DNA of 64,000 nucleotides, taken from assembly GCA_963727505.1 (NCBI GenBank), contig CAVSGP010000004.1, positions 64,001 to 128,000 of the forward strand, written 5' to 3'. The DNA is from an uncultured Trueperaceae bacterium (lineage in GTDB: Bacteria; Deinococcota; Deinococci; Deinococcales; Trueperaceae). Shown in pieces: positions 11,358 through 19,722 of the stretch. The notes beneath the pieces were generated by a model. That model worked only from the letters and a program-made list of their open reading frames with translations, searched no databases and was not told the origin of the DNA. Made by a program: the position numbers and the translations under genes. Positions within the stretch are counted from its first letter, which is position 1; every line of letters starts with the position of its first letter.

Positions 11358-12917
11358 TCAACCGACCCTCACCTTGAGCCGGTGGTAGCCGGTCGACCCG
11401 TCGGGTAGCGGCTGGCTCTTGTCGGATGTCTGCAGCGCACCGGTCCCGTCGACCGCCCGCACCAGCACGTCGTACTCGCCCGGATCGGTCTGCCATTCGA
11501 AGCCCCAGAGCGTCCAGGAGAAGGCGTTGTCGGCCGGACGCAGGGTGGCCTGCTGCCAGCTCGCTCCGCCATCGACGGAGACGTCGATGCGGCGGACGCC
11601 GCGCAACCCCGCGAAAGCGATCCCTCCGATCGCCGCGTCGCTCCCCAGCACGGTCGCGGTGGGGGTGTCGATCCTGCTCATGGTGTGCACGACCGCAGTC
11701 TGGCTCCAGCCGCGCTGCTCCCAGTAGCCGGTGTAATCGTGGTCGACGACCTCGACGTCCATCAGCCACTTGACGCTCTTCATGCCGTAGATACCGGGCG
11801 CCAGCACCCGCGCAGGGAAACCGTGACCGCGCACCAGCGGCTCGCCGTCCTGCAGGTAGGCGACCATGGTGCCGTCGCGACCGGCGACCTCGAGCGGGAA
11901 GGAGTCGGAATAGTTGTCAGCGGCGCGCAGGATCACGTGCGAGGCACCCGACTGAACCCCCGCCATCTCCAGCAGGTCGGTCATCGGAACGCCGGTCCAC
12001 ATGCTGTTACCGACGAGGTGACCTCCGACCTCGTTCGAGATGCAGATGAGGGTCGTGCTCCGCGTCACCGAAGGCAGTGCCTTGAGATCCTCCAGGCCCA
12101 GCTCGAGCGGGTGATCCACCAGTCCGTGGAGCTTGAGCCGCCAGCGTGAGGCGTCGACGCGCGGATCGGAGAAGTTCTTCGACACCACGTAGTGGTCGCC
12201 GACCGGCGTGATGACGGGACCGAGCCCCCGGATCCGGCCCAGCAGACCCTCCAACTGCGCCGCGGCGCGGGCGAGCGCACCGAGCGCCAACCGTGCCGTT
12301 CCCAGCCCAACGGCCAGGACCAGCAGACCGCGAGCGCTGCGGCCGAGCGCTTCGCGGCGGCCCGGATCGTGCTCCGCATCGTGTTCCGGTCCGCGGGCGG
12401 CGGCCCGCCCGCGCGCGATCAGCAGCACCACGCCGTACACGGCGCCGAAGGCGGCCGCCCACAGGTGGGTGGGCAGCGGTCGGTAGAAGTAGTTGGTCGG
12501 GCTCGCGCCGAACGCACCGAGCCCTTCCAGCGGGAGCAGGACCAGCCCGACCAACGCGGGGGTGGCGAGAACGGGAACGACGACGCGCCACGGGCGCGGC
12601 AGCCGCGTCAAGGGCACGGCCAGGGCGGTCCAGGAGAGCACGTACGCCAGCGCCATCGTCCCGAACAGGGCGTACTTGGCGTAGTGGTCGAGGCCGTAGG
12701 GGAGGCTGTGGATGATGTTGAAGACGGCGGGAACGCCGAGCAGGTGGCCGGTCAGGTCGAACAGCATGTCGATCGGGGTGCGGGCACCGATCAGCAGGCG
12801 GCTCGCCACCATGGCCACGCCGGAGAGCAGCGCCGCGGCGCCACCGACCGCCAGTCGATGCCGGACAGAGACTACTCTCGTCGGCTTGGTGGTGAGCGGA
12901 TCGTTACCCGGTTCCAT
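11358..12917 (-). CDS. membrane-bound molybdopterin-dependent oxidoreductase (sulfite oxidase family)
   Basis: N-terminal TM helices, LICISN Mo-ligating Cys, HGFPAR, GMKSVKW, GYWEQRGW, C-terminal dimerisation domain. Confidence 0.88.
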   Translation of the reverse strand: MEPGNDPLTTKPTRVVSVRHRLAVGGAAALLSGVAMVASRLLIGARTPIDMLFDLTGHLLGVPAVFNIIHSLPYGLDHYAKYALFGTMALAYVLSWTALAVPLTRLPRPWRVVVPVLATPALVGLVLLPLEGLGAFGASPTNYFYRPLPTHLWAAAFGAVYGVVLLIARGRAAARGPEHDAEHDPGRREALGRSARGLLVLAVGLGTARLALGALARAAAQLEGLLGRIRGLGPVITPVGDHYVVSKNFSDPRVDASRWRLKLHGLVDHPLELGLEDLKALPSVTRSTTLICISNEVGGHLVGNSMWTGVPMTDLLEMAGVQSGASHVILRAADNYSDSFPLEVAGRDGTMVAYLQDGEPLVRGHGFPARVLAPGIYGMKSVKWLMDVEVVDHDYTGYWEQRGWSQTAVVHTMSRIDTPTATVLGSDAAIGGIAFAGLRGVRRIDVSVDGGASWQQATLRPADNAFSWTLWGFEWQTDPGEYDVLVRAVDGTGALQTSDKSQPLPDGSTGYHRLKVRVG

Positions 12918-13123
12918 GCCCCGGTATAGCGCGAACGAAGGGGCGAGTCTTCACGCTCCCGTCACGGCGCCGTCCAGAACCCCGGCCCCGCGGGCCCGGC
13001 GTGGCCGCCGAAGCATCGCGCGTTGGGGCGTGATGGGCGGCTCCACGACGGGCGCCTCCACGACGACTCGGCCGGGCGTGGAAGGCCGGCGGCCGATGGA
13101 CAAGGACGCAAGGGCCGGTCCGA

Positions 13124-14515
13124 TCATTCGCGACGCTCGTCGGGAGCCGTCTTCCCGTCCTGGACGCTCCCATCCTCCTGAGCATGATCTTCCCGGGCAT
13201 CGTCCTTCTGGGCACGGTCCTTCTGGGCACGGTCCGTCCCGCCCTCTGGAGCGTTGTCGGAAGCGTCCTTCGGCACCTCGCTCGGGGCGTCACGCCGCGC
13301 CGACATCGCCTCCTCGGTCGCGGCCACGTCGGAGCCCCCGACCGCAGCGTCACGCGCGAGGTCGCCCGAAGCGCTTGCCGGCGTCTCCTGCGAAGCGGCA
13401 CGCTGAGCACCGGCCGAACTGGTGGCCTCCGCCCCCGGGCCTTGCGCAGCCTCGTCGGCATGCACGACCGGCGCGTCGTCGGCACGGACGCTATCGGTAG
13501 AGGCTTCGGTAGCGGTCGCAGAGGTCGTCTCCGAGGCGTTCTCCATAGCAGTCTCGGTGGAGCCCGCCATGGCGCGGTCGACGCTCTCTTCGGCGTCGGG
13601 CCACAGCGCCGCCTCCTCCTCGTCGTCGAGGAAGCGCCCGTGAATCTCCTTCGGAACGCTTGCGTCCACGCCGCGGCTCGGATCGTCGGATCCGAGGGAC
13701 GGAGGGTCGAGCGCCGCGGCGTCGGCGTCCGTCGTGGCCGCACGGCCGGTACGCGGCCGTTCGGGGGCGCGTACCCGGCGCCGCAGGACCAGGCCCGCGG
13801 CCGCCGTGATCAGCCCGAGCACCATCAGCACGAGCCAACCGACGCCATACAACGGGGAGCGGTAGGGGGAGAGCACTCCGCTGTCGATCTCGCGAAGCTG
13901 CGCACGCTGGCTCGACGCGAGCAGATCGACGACCGGCACCTGTTGGGACGCACTGGAGAACGCCCACGGCGACACGCCGGAGGTGAGCGGCCGCCATCCA
14001 TCCTTCGTGAACGGATCGTAGACGCCTGTCAGGGCGTAGAGATCGGCTCTAGGCGGCCGCGGGATGCCGGTATGCAGGGTGACGGCGTTGCCCTGCACCT
14101 CGACGGTCACCGGGAGGCGCGGCCAGCTCGCAGGCGAGCCCTGGGATTGCGCCTCGACCGCGTAGGCCTCGTCCCCGGTGGCGCGAAGCGCGATCTCCCA
14201 ACCGTGCTTGGGAGGCATCGCCATGGACGACCCGGGAAGGAGCTCCTGCGCTCCGCCCGGCGCCGTGTCGAGGTAGACCTCGATGATGGGATTGGAGAAG
14301 CCGTTGGGGAGCATTCCGGCATTCGACAGGGAGCCGAGCTGCACCCGCACGGTCAGTTTCGGGTCGCTCGTCAACGTCACCGATTGCAGGTCGAAATCGG
14401 CCGTGTTGGCGTACACGGGTGCGGTGGGCGGCGCCAGCGTGCCGTCGCCGACCGCGTCACCGGCGGGGTCCTGCAGTTGCAGCGCTGCAACGGCGAGCAC
14501 GAGGAGGTGGATCAT
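13124..14515 (-). CDS. glucodextranase/DOMON-like domain protein with TM helix and acidic disordered tail
   Basis: DPAGDAVGDG...P..FDL...NGFS...IEVYLD pattern; one TM; low-complexity C-terminus; start overlaps upstream stop. Confidence 0.65.
   Translation of the reverse strand: MIHLLVLAVAALQLQDPAGDAVGDGTLAPPTAPVYANTADFDLQSVTLTSDPKLTVRVQLGSLSNAGMLPNGFSNPIIEVYLDTAPGGAQELLPGSSMAMPPKHGWEIALRATGDEAYAVEAQSQGSPASWPRLPVTVEVQGNAVTLHTGIPRPPRADLYALTGVYDPFTKDGWRPLTSGVSPWAFSSASQQVPVVDLLASSQRAQLREIDSGVLSPYRSPLYGVGWLVLMVLGLITAAAGLVLRRRVRAPERPRTGRAATTDADAAALDPPSLGSDDPSRGVDASVPKEIHGRFLDDEEEAALWPDAEESVDRAMAGSTETAMENASETTSATATEASTDSVRADDAPVVHADEAAQGPGAEATSSAGAQRAASQETPASASGDLARDAAVGGSDVAATEEAMSARRDAPSEVPKDASDNAPEGGTDRAQKDRAQKDDAREDHAQEDGSVQDGKTAPDERRE
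13193..13235. repeat. short 15-bp tandem repeat within CDS tail
   Basis: About three GGGCACGGTCCTTCT-like units encoding DRAQK. Confidence 0.6.
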
Positions 14516-15852
14516 GGTCGCAGACCTGCCTTTCGTGTGGCCGCGCGGTCTCGGGCGAGTTCGACGAGCCAGGCCGCCAATCGCTCACTGTCGTGCTGCG
14601 CGACCGGACCGATGCCCAGCAGCGGTAGGTGGCTCACCTCCACGCCGATCTCGCCGAACCGCCCCAGCGAGGCGCCGACAACGGCAGCCCCTTCGGCGCG
14701 ATAGGCCTCGACGCGCGCCTCGTCGACGGGCGTGCTGTTGAGGACCACGAGGTCGGGCAGGCGACCGAGGTGACGCGCCAGCGCGTCGACGTGGGCGTAG
14801 GCGTCGAAGCCGTCGGTCTCCCCGGCCTCGGTCATGATGTTGCAGACGTAGACGATCGCCGTGGCGCTGCTCTGCAACGCCTCGCGAACGGCAGGCACGA
14901 GGATGGGGGGGAGCGTGCTGGTGAAGAGGCTTCCGGGGCCGAGCACCACGAGATCGGCCCGTTGCAGAGCGGCCACCACCTCCGGAACGGCCTCGGCCGC
15001 GTCCGGCTCGAGCGCGACCGACCGCGCCGGGCCCGCGCACTCCCGCACGCGGCTCTCGCCTCGGATGACCTGCCCGTCGGCCTTCGTCACCAGCAGCGTC
15101 ACCGGTCGGCCGGTGACGGGGTAGACCGCGCCGGAGAGGTTGAGCAGCCGGTTGAGCACACGGATGGCCTGCCCGAAATCCCCTTGCACCTCCGTCAGCG
15201 TCGCGATGAAGAGATTCCCGAAGGTGTGGCCCATGAGTTCCTCACCCCGCGTGAAGCGGTACTGGAGGAGCTGGCTCACCTCCAACTCGTTGTCGCTCAG
15301 GGCGGCCAGGCAGTCGGTGAGGTCGCCCGGCGGGGGCATGTCGAACGCCGCCCGCAACCGTCCGGAGGAGCCGCCGTCGTCGCTCACGGTCACCACCGCG
15401 GTGAGGTTGGAGGTGTAGTCGCGCAGGCCACGCAGCAGGTTGCTGAGCCCGCTGCCGCCGCCGAGTGCGACGATGCGCGGCCCTCGTGCCAGCGACAGGC
15501 GGCGGTGGAGCAGCACGGCGGCCTGGTTCGGGCTGGGCATCCAGTTCGACAGCAGCGAGCGGTTGAGCCGGCCCACGGCGATCACGGCGACGAGTACGCC
15601 GAGCACGACCAGTGCCACCGACAAGTATCCCCCGCTGGCGCGCCAGGTGCCGCTGACGAGCACGTGTTCGATCGGGCTCGATAGCTCGCGTCTGCGTCCG
15701 TTCAGTGTCCACAACACCGCGCCGATCACGCCGAGCACCAACAGCAACGCCCCCAGCACCGCCAGCACCACATGTCGCTTGACCCCCATGCCCGGGGTGA
15801 GCCAGAAGCGCCACGTCAACACGGTGGCGAGGCGGTCGCGCAGACGCCTCAC
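14512..15852 (-). CDS. yvcK: YvcK/GlmR family UDP-GlcNAc-binding protein with N-terminal TM segments
   Basis: GGGSGLS, DDGGSSGRLR, PPGD, GHTFGN, GPGSLFTS and NIMTEAGET motifs. Confidence 0.92.
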   Translation of the reverse strand: MRRLRDRLATVLTWRFWLTPGMGVKRHVVLAVLGALLLVLGVIGAVLWTLNGRRRELSSPIEHVLVSGTWRASGGYLSVALVVLGVLVAVIAVGRLNRSLLSNWMPSPNQAAVLLHRRLSLARGPRIVALGGGSGLSNLLRGLRDYTSNLTAVVTVSDDGGSSGRLRAAFDMPPPGDLTDCLAALSDNELEVSQLLQYRFTRGEELMGHTFGNLFIATLTEVQGDFGQAIRVLNRLLNLSGAVYPVTGRPVTLLVTKADGQVIRGESRVRECAGPARSVALEPDAAEAVPEVVAALQRADLVVLGPGSLFTSTLPPILVPAVREALQSSATAIVYVCNIMTEAGETDGFDAYAHVDALARHLGRLPDLVVLNSTPVDEARVEAYRAEGAAVVGASLGRFGEIGVEVSHLPLLGIGPVAQHDSERLAAWLVELARDRAATRKAGLRP

Positions 15853-16700
15853 ACGTGCTCCCGAAGGGCTTCCTCGAGGTCACGGTGCTGGGCTCGGGTG
15901 CGGAACGTGTCGGCGAGGTCGTGGGTGAGCCGTTCGGCCACGGCCACGGAGCGGTGTTGCCCGCCGGTGCAACCGATGGCGACGCTGTAGCTCGATCGCC
16001 CCTCGGCGCGGGCGCCGACGGCCAACGCGCGGATCAGCTCCCTGAGGCGGGTGTAGAGCTCGAGCGAGGTCGGCGTGAACACGAACGACTGGACCTCCGG
16101 CGCCGTGCCGGGCAGGGGCTTGAGCGCGGGGTCGTAGTACGGGTTGGGGAGCGCGCGGACATCGAGGACGGAGTCGACATCGGTGGGAACGCCGCGCTTG
16201 TAGCCGAAGGAGAGAACACGGAGCAGGAAGTCGCCTTCGGCGCCGAAGCGGTCCCACAGATCCTGCGTAAGGTCCCGCGCGGACGTGGCGGTGGTGTCGA
16301 TGACCACGTCGGCCAACGACCGCATCCCCTCCAGGGCGCGTCGCTCCTGCGCCAGATCGGCCGTGAGCGTGCCCTCGGCGAGAGGGTGCGTGCGGCGGGT
16401 GAAGTTGTAGCGCCGAACCAACGACGGATCGCTGGCGTCGAGGAACACCACCGTCACCGACAGCCCGTGGCCACGCAGCGCCGCAAGGGCGGCGGGAGCC
16501 GCCGCCAGGAAGGCGCGTGTGCGGATGTCGACCCCGATCGCGATGGCACTCTCGTTGCCGCTCGCGGCCCGCACCAGCCCCTCCCACAGGGCGGGGGGGA
16601 GGTTGTCCACGGTGTAGAAGCCGATGTCCTCCAGCGCGTGCAGCGCCGTCGTCTTGCCCGACCCGCTGAGACCGGTGAGGACGACGAGTCGTCCGCTCAC
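15849..16700 (-). CDS. rapZ: RNase adapter / P-loop NTPase RapZ (YvcJ)
   Basis: TGLSGSGKT, VDNLP, TRRTHPL, SFGYK, LPNPYY and IGCTGGQHRSV motifs; GTG at 16700 overlaps upstream stop. Confidence 0.94.
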   Translation of the reverse strand: MSGRLVVLTGLSGSGKTTALHALEDIGFYTVDNLPPALWEGLVRAASGNESAIAIGVDIRTRAFLAAAPAALAALRGHGLSVTVVFLDASDPSLVRRYNFTRRTHPLAEGTLTADLAQERRALEGMRSLADVVIDTTATSARDLTQDLWDRFGAEGDFLLRVLSFGYKRGVPTDVDSVLDVRALPNPYYDPALKPLPGTAPEVQSFVFTPTSLELYTRLRELIRALAVGARAEGRSSYSVAIGCTGGQHRSVAVAERLTHDLADTFRTRAQHRDLEEALREHV

Positions 16701-17416
16701 GGGCTCCCGCCGTCGGCGAGGCGCAACGAACGGGGCGTGAAGCTGCACGCCACCACTTCGCCCGCGCGCTCGACGATGGCTGCCTTGCCGGCGTGCCCGA
16801 TGAGCGTGCCGGGGCACAGCAAACGGGTACCGCCCGGCAACTCCTCGGCGGCCCACGTCACGTCCCCGGGATGCGCCGACACGAACACCGCGCTGCTGGC
16901 GACCGCCGTGATGGGGCGAGCGCTGCCGTCCTGCACGACGACCCAGCGTGAGCCATCGAACACCAGGTCGGCGCTGCGCCCCGCGACCCGGACATGGAAC
17001 GTCGGCAGCCCGTCGCCGGCATCGACCCTGTTCCAGGTTGCCGGCTTCAGGAAGCCGACCTCCTCACGGACGCAACGATCCACTCTGGCCCCAGGCGAGA
17101 TCGGCGCCGGAACGGCCTGCTCGGTGACATGCGTGGTCAACGCCGTCGCGGCGGCCTGAGCCGCCGCGCGGTCGCTGTAGCAGCCGACCCGAACGCGTAC
17201 GAACTGCTTGCCGTCGTTCATGGCGAACTCGTCGTAGGCGTCGAAGCCGAGGTTCTTCAGCTGAGCGACGACGGTATCGGCCTGGCGCAGATCGCGCAGC
17301 GCCACGGTCTGCACCGTCCAGGAGCCCCCCTGCGCGAAGGCCGCGCTCGCCAGCCATGCGGTCAGCGCGGTAGCGATGGCCAACACGACCGTACGGCGTC
17401 CAGGTACAGGTCGCAC
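16697..17416 (-). CDS. secreted SPOR-domain protein
   Basis: Signal peptide (AFA-Q); WTVQ...VRVRVGCY SPOR-like pattern. Confidence 0.65.
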   Translation of the reverse strand: MRPVPGRRTVVLAIATALTAWLASAAFAQGGSWTVQTVALRDLRQADTVVAQLKNLGFDAYDEFAMNDGKQFVRVRVGCYSDRAAAQAAATALTTHVTEQAVPAPISPGARVDRCVREEVGFLKPATWNRVDAGDGLPTFHVRVAGRSADLVFDGSRWVVVQDGSARPITAVASSAVFVSAHPGDVTWAAEELPGGTRLLCPGTLIGHAGKAAIVERAGEVVACSFTPRSLRLADGGSP

Positions 17417-17417
17417 G

Positions 17418-18047
17418 CTAGGCCTCCACCGCGCCCGCGGCCAGGCGGGCGAAATTGGCCAGCACCGTCAGCCCCACGTCCTGGCTCTTCTCGGGATGGA
17501 ACTGCGTGGCGTGCAGGGCGCCGCGGGAGATGGCGCTCTTGAAGCGGACGGGGCCGTAGCGGGTGAGCGCGCCCGGCACCTCGAGATGCTCGAAGTCCAC
17601 GTAGTAGGAGTGCGCGAAGTAGACGAAGGCGTCGTCGGGGATGCCTCGCAGCAGAGCCGGCTCGCGGTGCCGCCGGATCTGGTTCCAACCCATGTGCGGA
17701 ACGCTCACGCCCTCGGCAGGGAAGCGCCGGGCAGTGCCGGGGAGCAGCCCCAGGCCCGGCACGCCGGGCGCCTCCTCCGACGCCTCGAGCAGCAGTTGCA
17801 GCCCCACGCAGATCCCGAGGAACGGGCGCCCTGCGTGCACGTGCTCGCGCACGAGCGGTTCGAACCCCGACGCCCGGAACGCGGTCATCACCTGTCCGAA
17901 ATGCCCCTGGCCGGGGAGGACCAGCACATCCGCGCCGGCGGCGAGGCGGGGATCGTCGTGGCGCTCCACAGCCAGGCCCGTCCACTGCAACGCGCGCTCG
18001 ACGCTGTGGAGGTTACCGGCGCCATAGTCGATCAGAACGGTTCGCAT
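17418..18047 (-). CDS. hisH: imidazole glycerol phosphate synthase subunit HisH
   Basis: IDYGAGN, LGICVGLQ, VPHMGWN and QFHPEKS motifs. Confidence 0.96.
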   Translation of the reverse strand: MRTVLIDYGAGNLHSVERALQWTGLAVERHDDPRLAAGADVLVLPGQGHFGQVMTAFRASGFEPLVREHVHAGRPFLGICVGLQLLLEASEEAPGVPGLGLLPGTARRFPAEGVSVPHMGWNQIRRHREPALLRGIPDDAFVYFAHSYYVDFEHLEVPGALTRYGPVRFKSAISRGALHATQFHPEKSQDVGLTVLANFARLAAGAVEA

Positions 18048-18049
18048 GC

Positions 18050-18631
18050 TCAGAGGCTTCCCTTCGTCGATGGGACGCCGTCGCGCGTCACGCGGGTGGC
18101 CGCGTGGAGCGCGCGGGCGAAGGCCTTCATGATGGCTTCCACCACGTGGTGGGTCTCCTCACCGGCGAGCACACGCACGTGCATCGTGGCGCCGGCGTGG
18201 TTGACGAAACCCCGCAAGAACTCCCGCAGGTGGTAGGCGTTGAAGCCTGCGGCATCGCCGACGAAGCCGGCCGGCTCGAAGACCAGGGTCGGCCGGCCGG
18301 ACAGATCGAGCACCACGTGCGCGAGGGTTTCGTCCATGGGGACGAAGGCATCGGCGTAGCGTTCGATGCCGGCGCGGTCGCCCAGCGCCTGTGCCACCGC
18401 CTGGCCCAGCGTGATGCCGCAGTCCTCCACCAGGTGGTGCACGTCGACGTGAAGGTCCCCTTGCGCGGCGATCTCGAGGTTCAGCCGGCCGTGACGGAGG
18501 AGCTGGTCGAGCATGTGATCGAAGAAGCCGTGCCCGGTGTCGGCGCGGCCGCCGGAGTTGCCATCGAGATCGAGGGCCACGCGCACCGTCGTCTCGCCGG
18601 TGATCCGCTCGATGTCGCCCTTCCTAGCCAC
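18050..18631 (-). CDS. hisB: imidazoleglycerol-phosphate dehydratase
   Basis: FFDHML, HHLVED, PMDE, HHVVEA and PSTKG motifs. Confidence 0.96.
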   Translation of the reverse strand: MARKGDIERITGETTVRVALDLDGNSGGRADTGHGFFDHMLDQLLRHGRLNLEIAAQGDLHVDVHHLVEDCGITLGQAVAQALGDRAGIERYADAFVPMDETLAHVVLDLSGRPTLVFEPAGFVGDAAGFNAYHLREFLRGFVNHAGATMHVRVLAGEETHHVVEAIMKAFARALHAATRVTRDGVPSTKGSL

Positions 18632-19694
18632 CGACGACCTCCGCCCGCAGCACGGTCTGCAGTGTCTCGAGGAAGGCGTCGGTCTCGGCAGGCGCGCCGG
18701 CGGTCACCCGCAGGCAACCCTCGAGCCCCGCCAGATGGTCCTGGCGCCGGACCGCGATGTCACGCTCCAGGAGCCCCCGGTACACGGCATCCGCGTCGGG
18801 TACGCGGAACAGCACGAAGTTCGTTCTCGACGGCATCGGTTCCACCTCCGGCAGCAACGCCAGCCCGGCGAGCAGCCGCTCACGCTCGCTTCTAGCCTGG
18901 ATGACGCGTTCCTCGACGTACTCCGGGTGCTGCAGCGCCGCCATGGCCACCGCGGCCTGGAGCGAGGAGAGCGAGAACGGCAGCAGGCCCTTGCGCACGT
19001 CCGCCGCCAGATCCGGGCTCATGAGGGCGTATCCGATCCTCGCGCCCGCCAGGCCGAAAGCCTTGCTGAAGGTGCGGAGTGAGATCGCTTGCGGGTGAGC
19101 GGCGACCAGGTCGCGATGGTCGGTGCCAGCGAACTCACCGTAAGCCTCGTCGAGCACGACCAGCCAGTCCTCGCCTCCGGCCTCGAGCACGGCCGTCAGC
19201 TCCTGGAGAGGGTGCACGTTGCCGGTCGGCGCCGCCGGATTCGGAAGGAAGGCGATCCCGCGGCGCCCGGCCATGGCACCCCGCAGGCCGTCGACGGGAA
19301 GGGCGAAGCCAGCGCCCTCGAGCGGCACCTCGATCAGCTCCGCCGCCAGCAGGCGGGCCTGCATACCGTAGACCGCGAACGTCGGCGTCACCGTGAGCAC
19401 GCTCTGCCCGATGCCGGCAACGATGACCAGCGCCTGGAGGAGCACGTTGGAGCCGTTGCTGACGACCACGCCGTCGGGATCCCAGTCGTGGCGGGCGGCG
19501 ATGGCTTCCTCGAGCGTCCGCGGATGCAGTTCCGGGTAGCGGTGCCAGGCCGCGCTCCGCAGCCGCTCGAGCGCCGCCTCGCGCACCACCTCCGGAAGAT
19601 CGGAGGGACCCTCGTTCTGGTCCAGCTTGACCGATGAGGTCCTCGGCGTGTAGTGGTAGCGCGCCAGGGCGCGCACGCTGGCCCGGATGCTCAT
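18624..19694 (-). CDS. hisC: histidinol-phosphate aminotransferase
   Basis: KLDQNE, RYP, DEAY and RTFSKAFGLAGARIGY motifs. Confidence 0.94.
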   Translation of the reverse strand: MSIRASVRALARYHYTPRTSSVKLDQNEGPSDLPEVVREAALERLRSAAWHRYPELHPRTLEEAIAARHDWDPDGVVVSNGSNVLLQALVIVAGIGQSVLTVTPTFAVYGMQARLLAAELIEVPLEGAGFALPVDGLRGAMAGRRGIAFLPNPAAPTGNVHPLQELTAVLEAGGEDWLVVLDEAYGEFAGTDHRDLVAAHPQAISLRTFSKAFGLAGARIGYALMSPDLAADVRKGLLPFSLSSLQAAVAMAALQHPEYVEERVIQARSERERLLAGLALLPEVEPMPSRTNFVLFRVPDADAVYRGLLERDIAVRRQDHLAGLEGCLRVTAGAPAETDAFLETLQTVLRAEVVGG

Positions 19695-19722
19695 GGCGTC
19701 ATGCTAGCGCAAGAGGGCGAGG

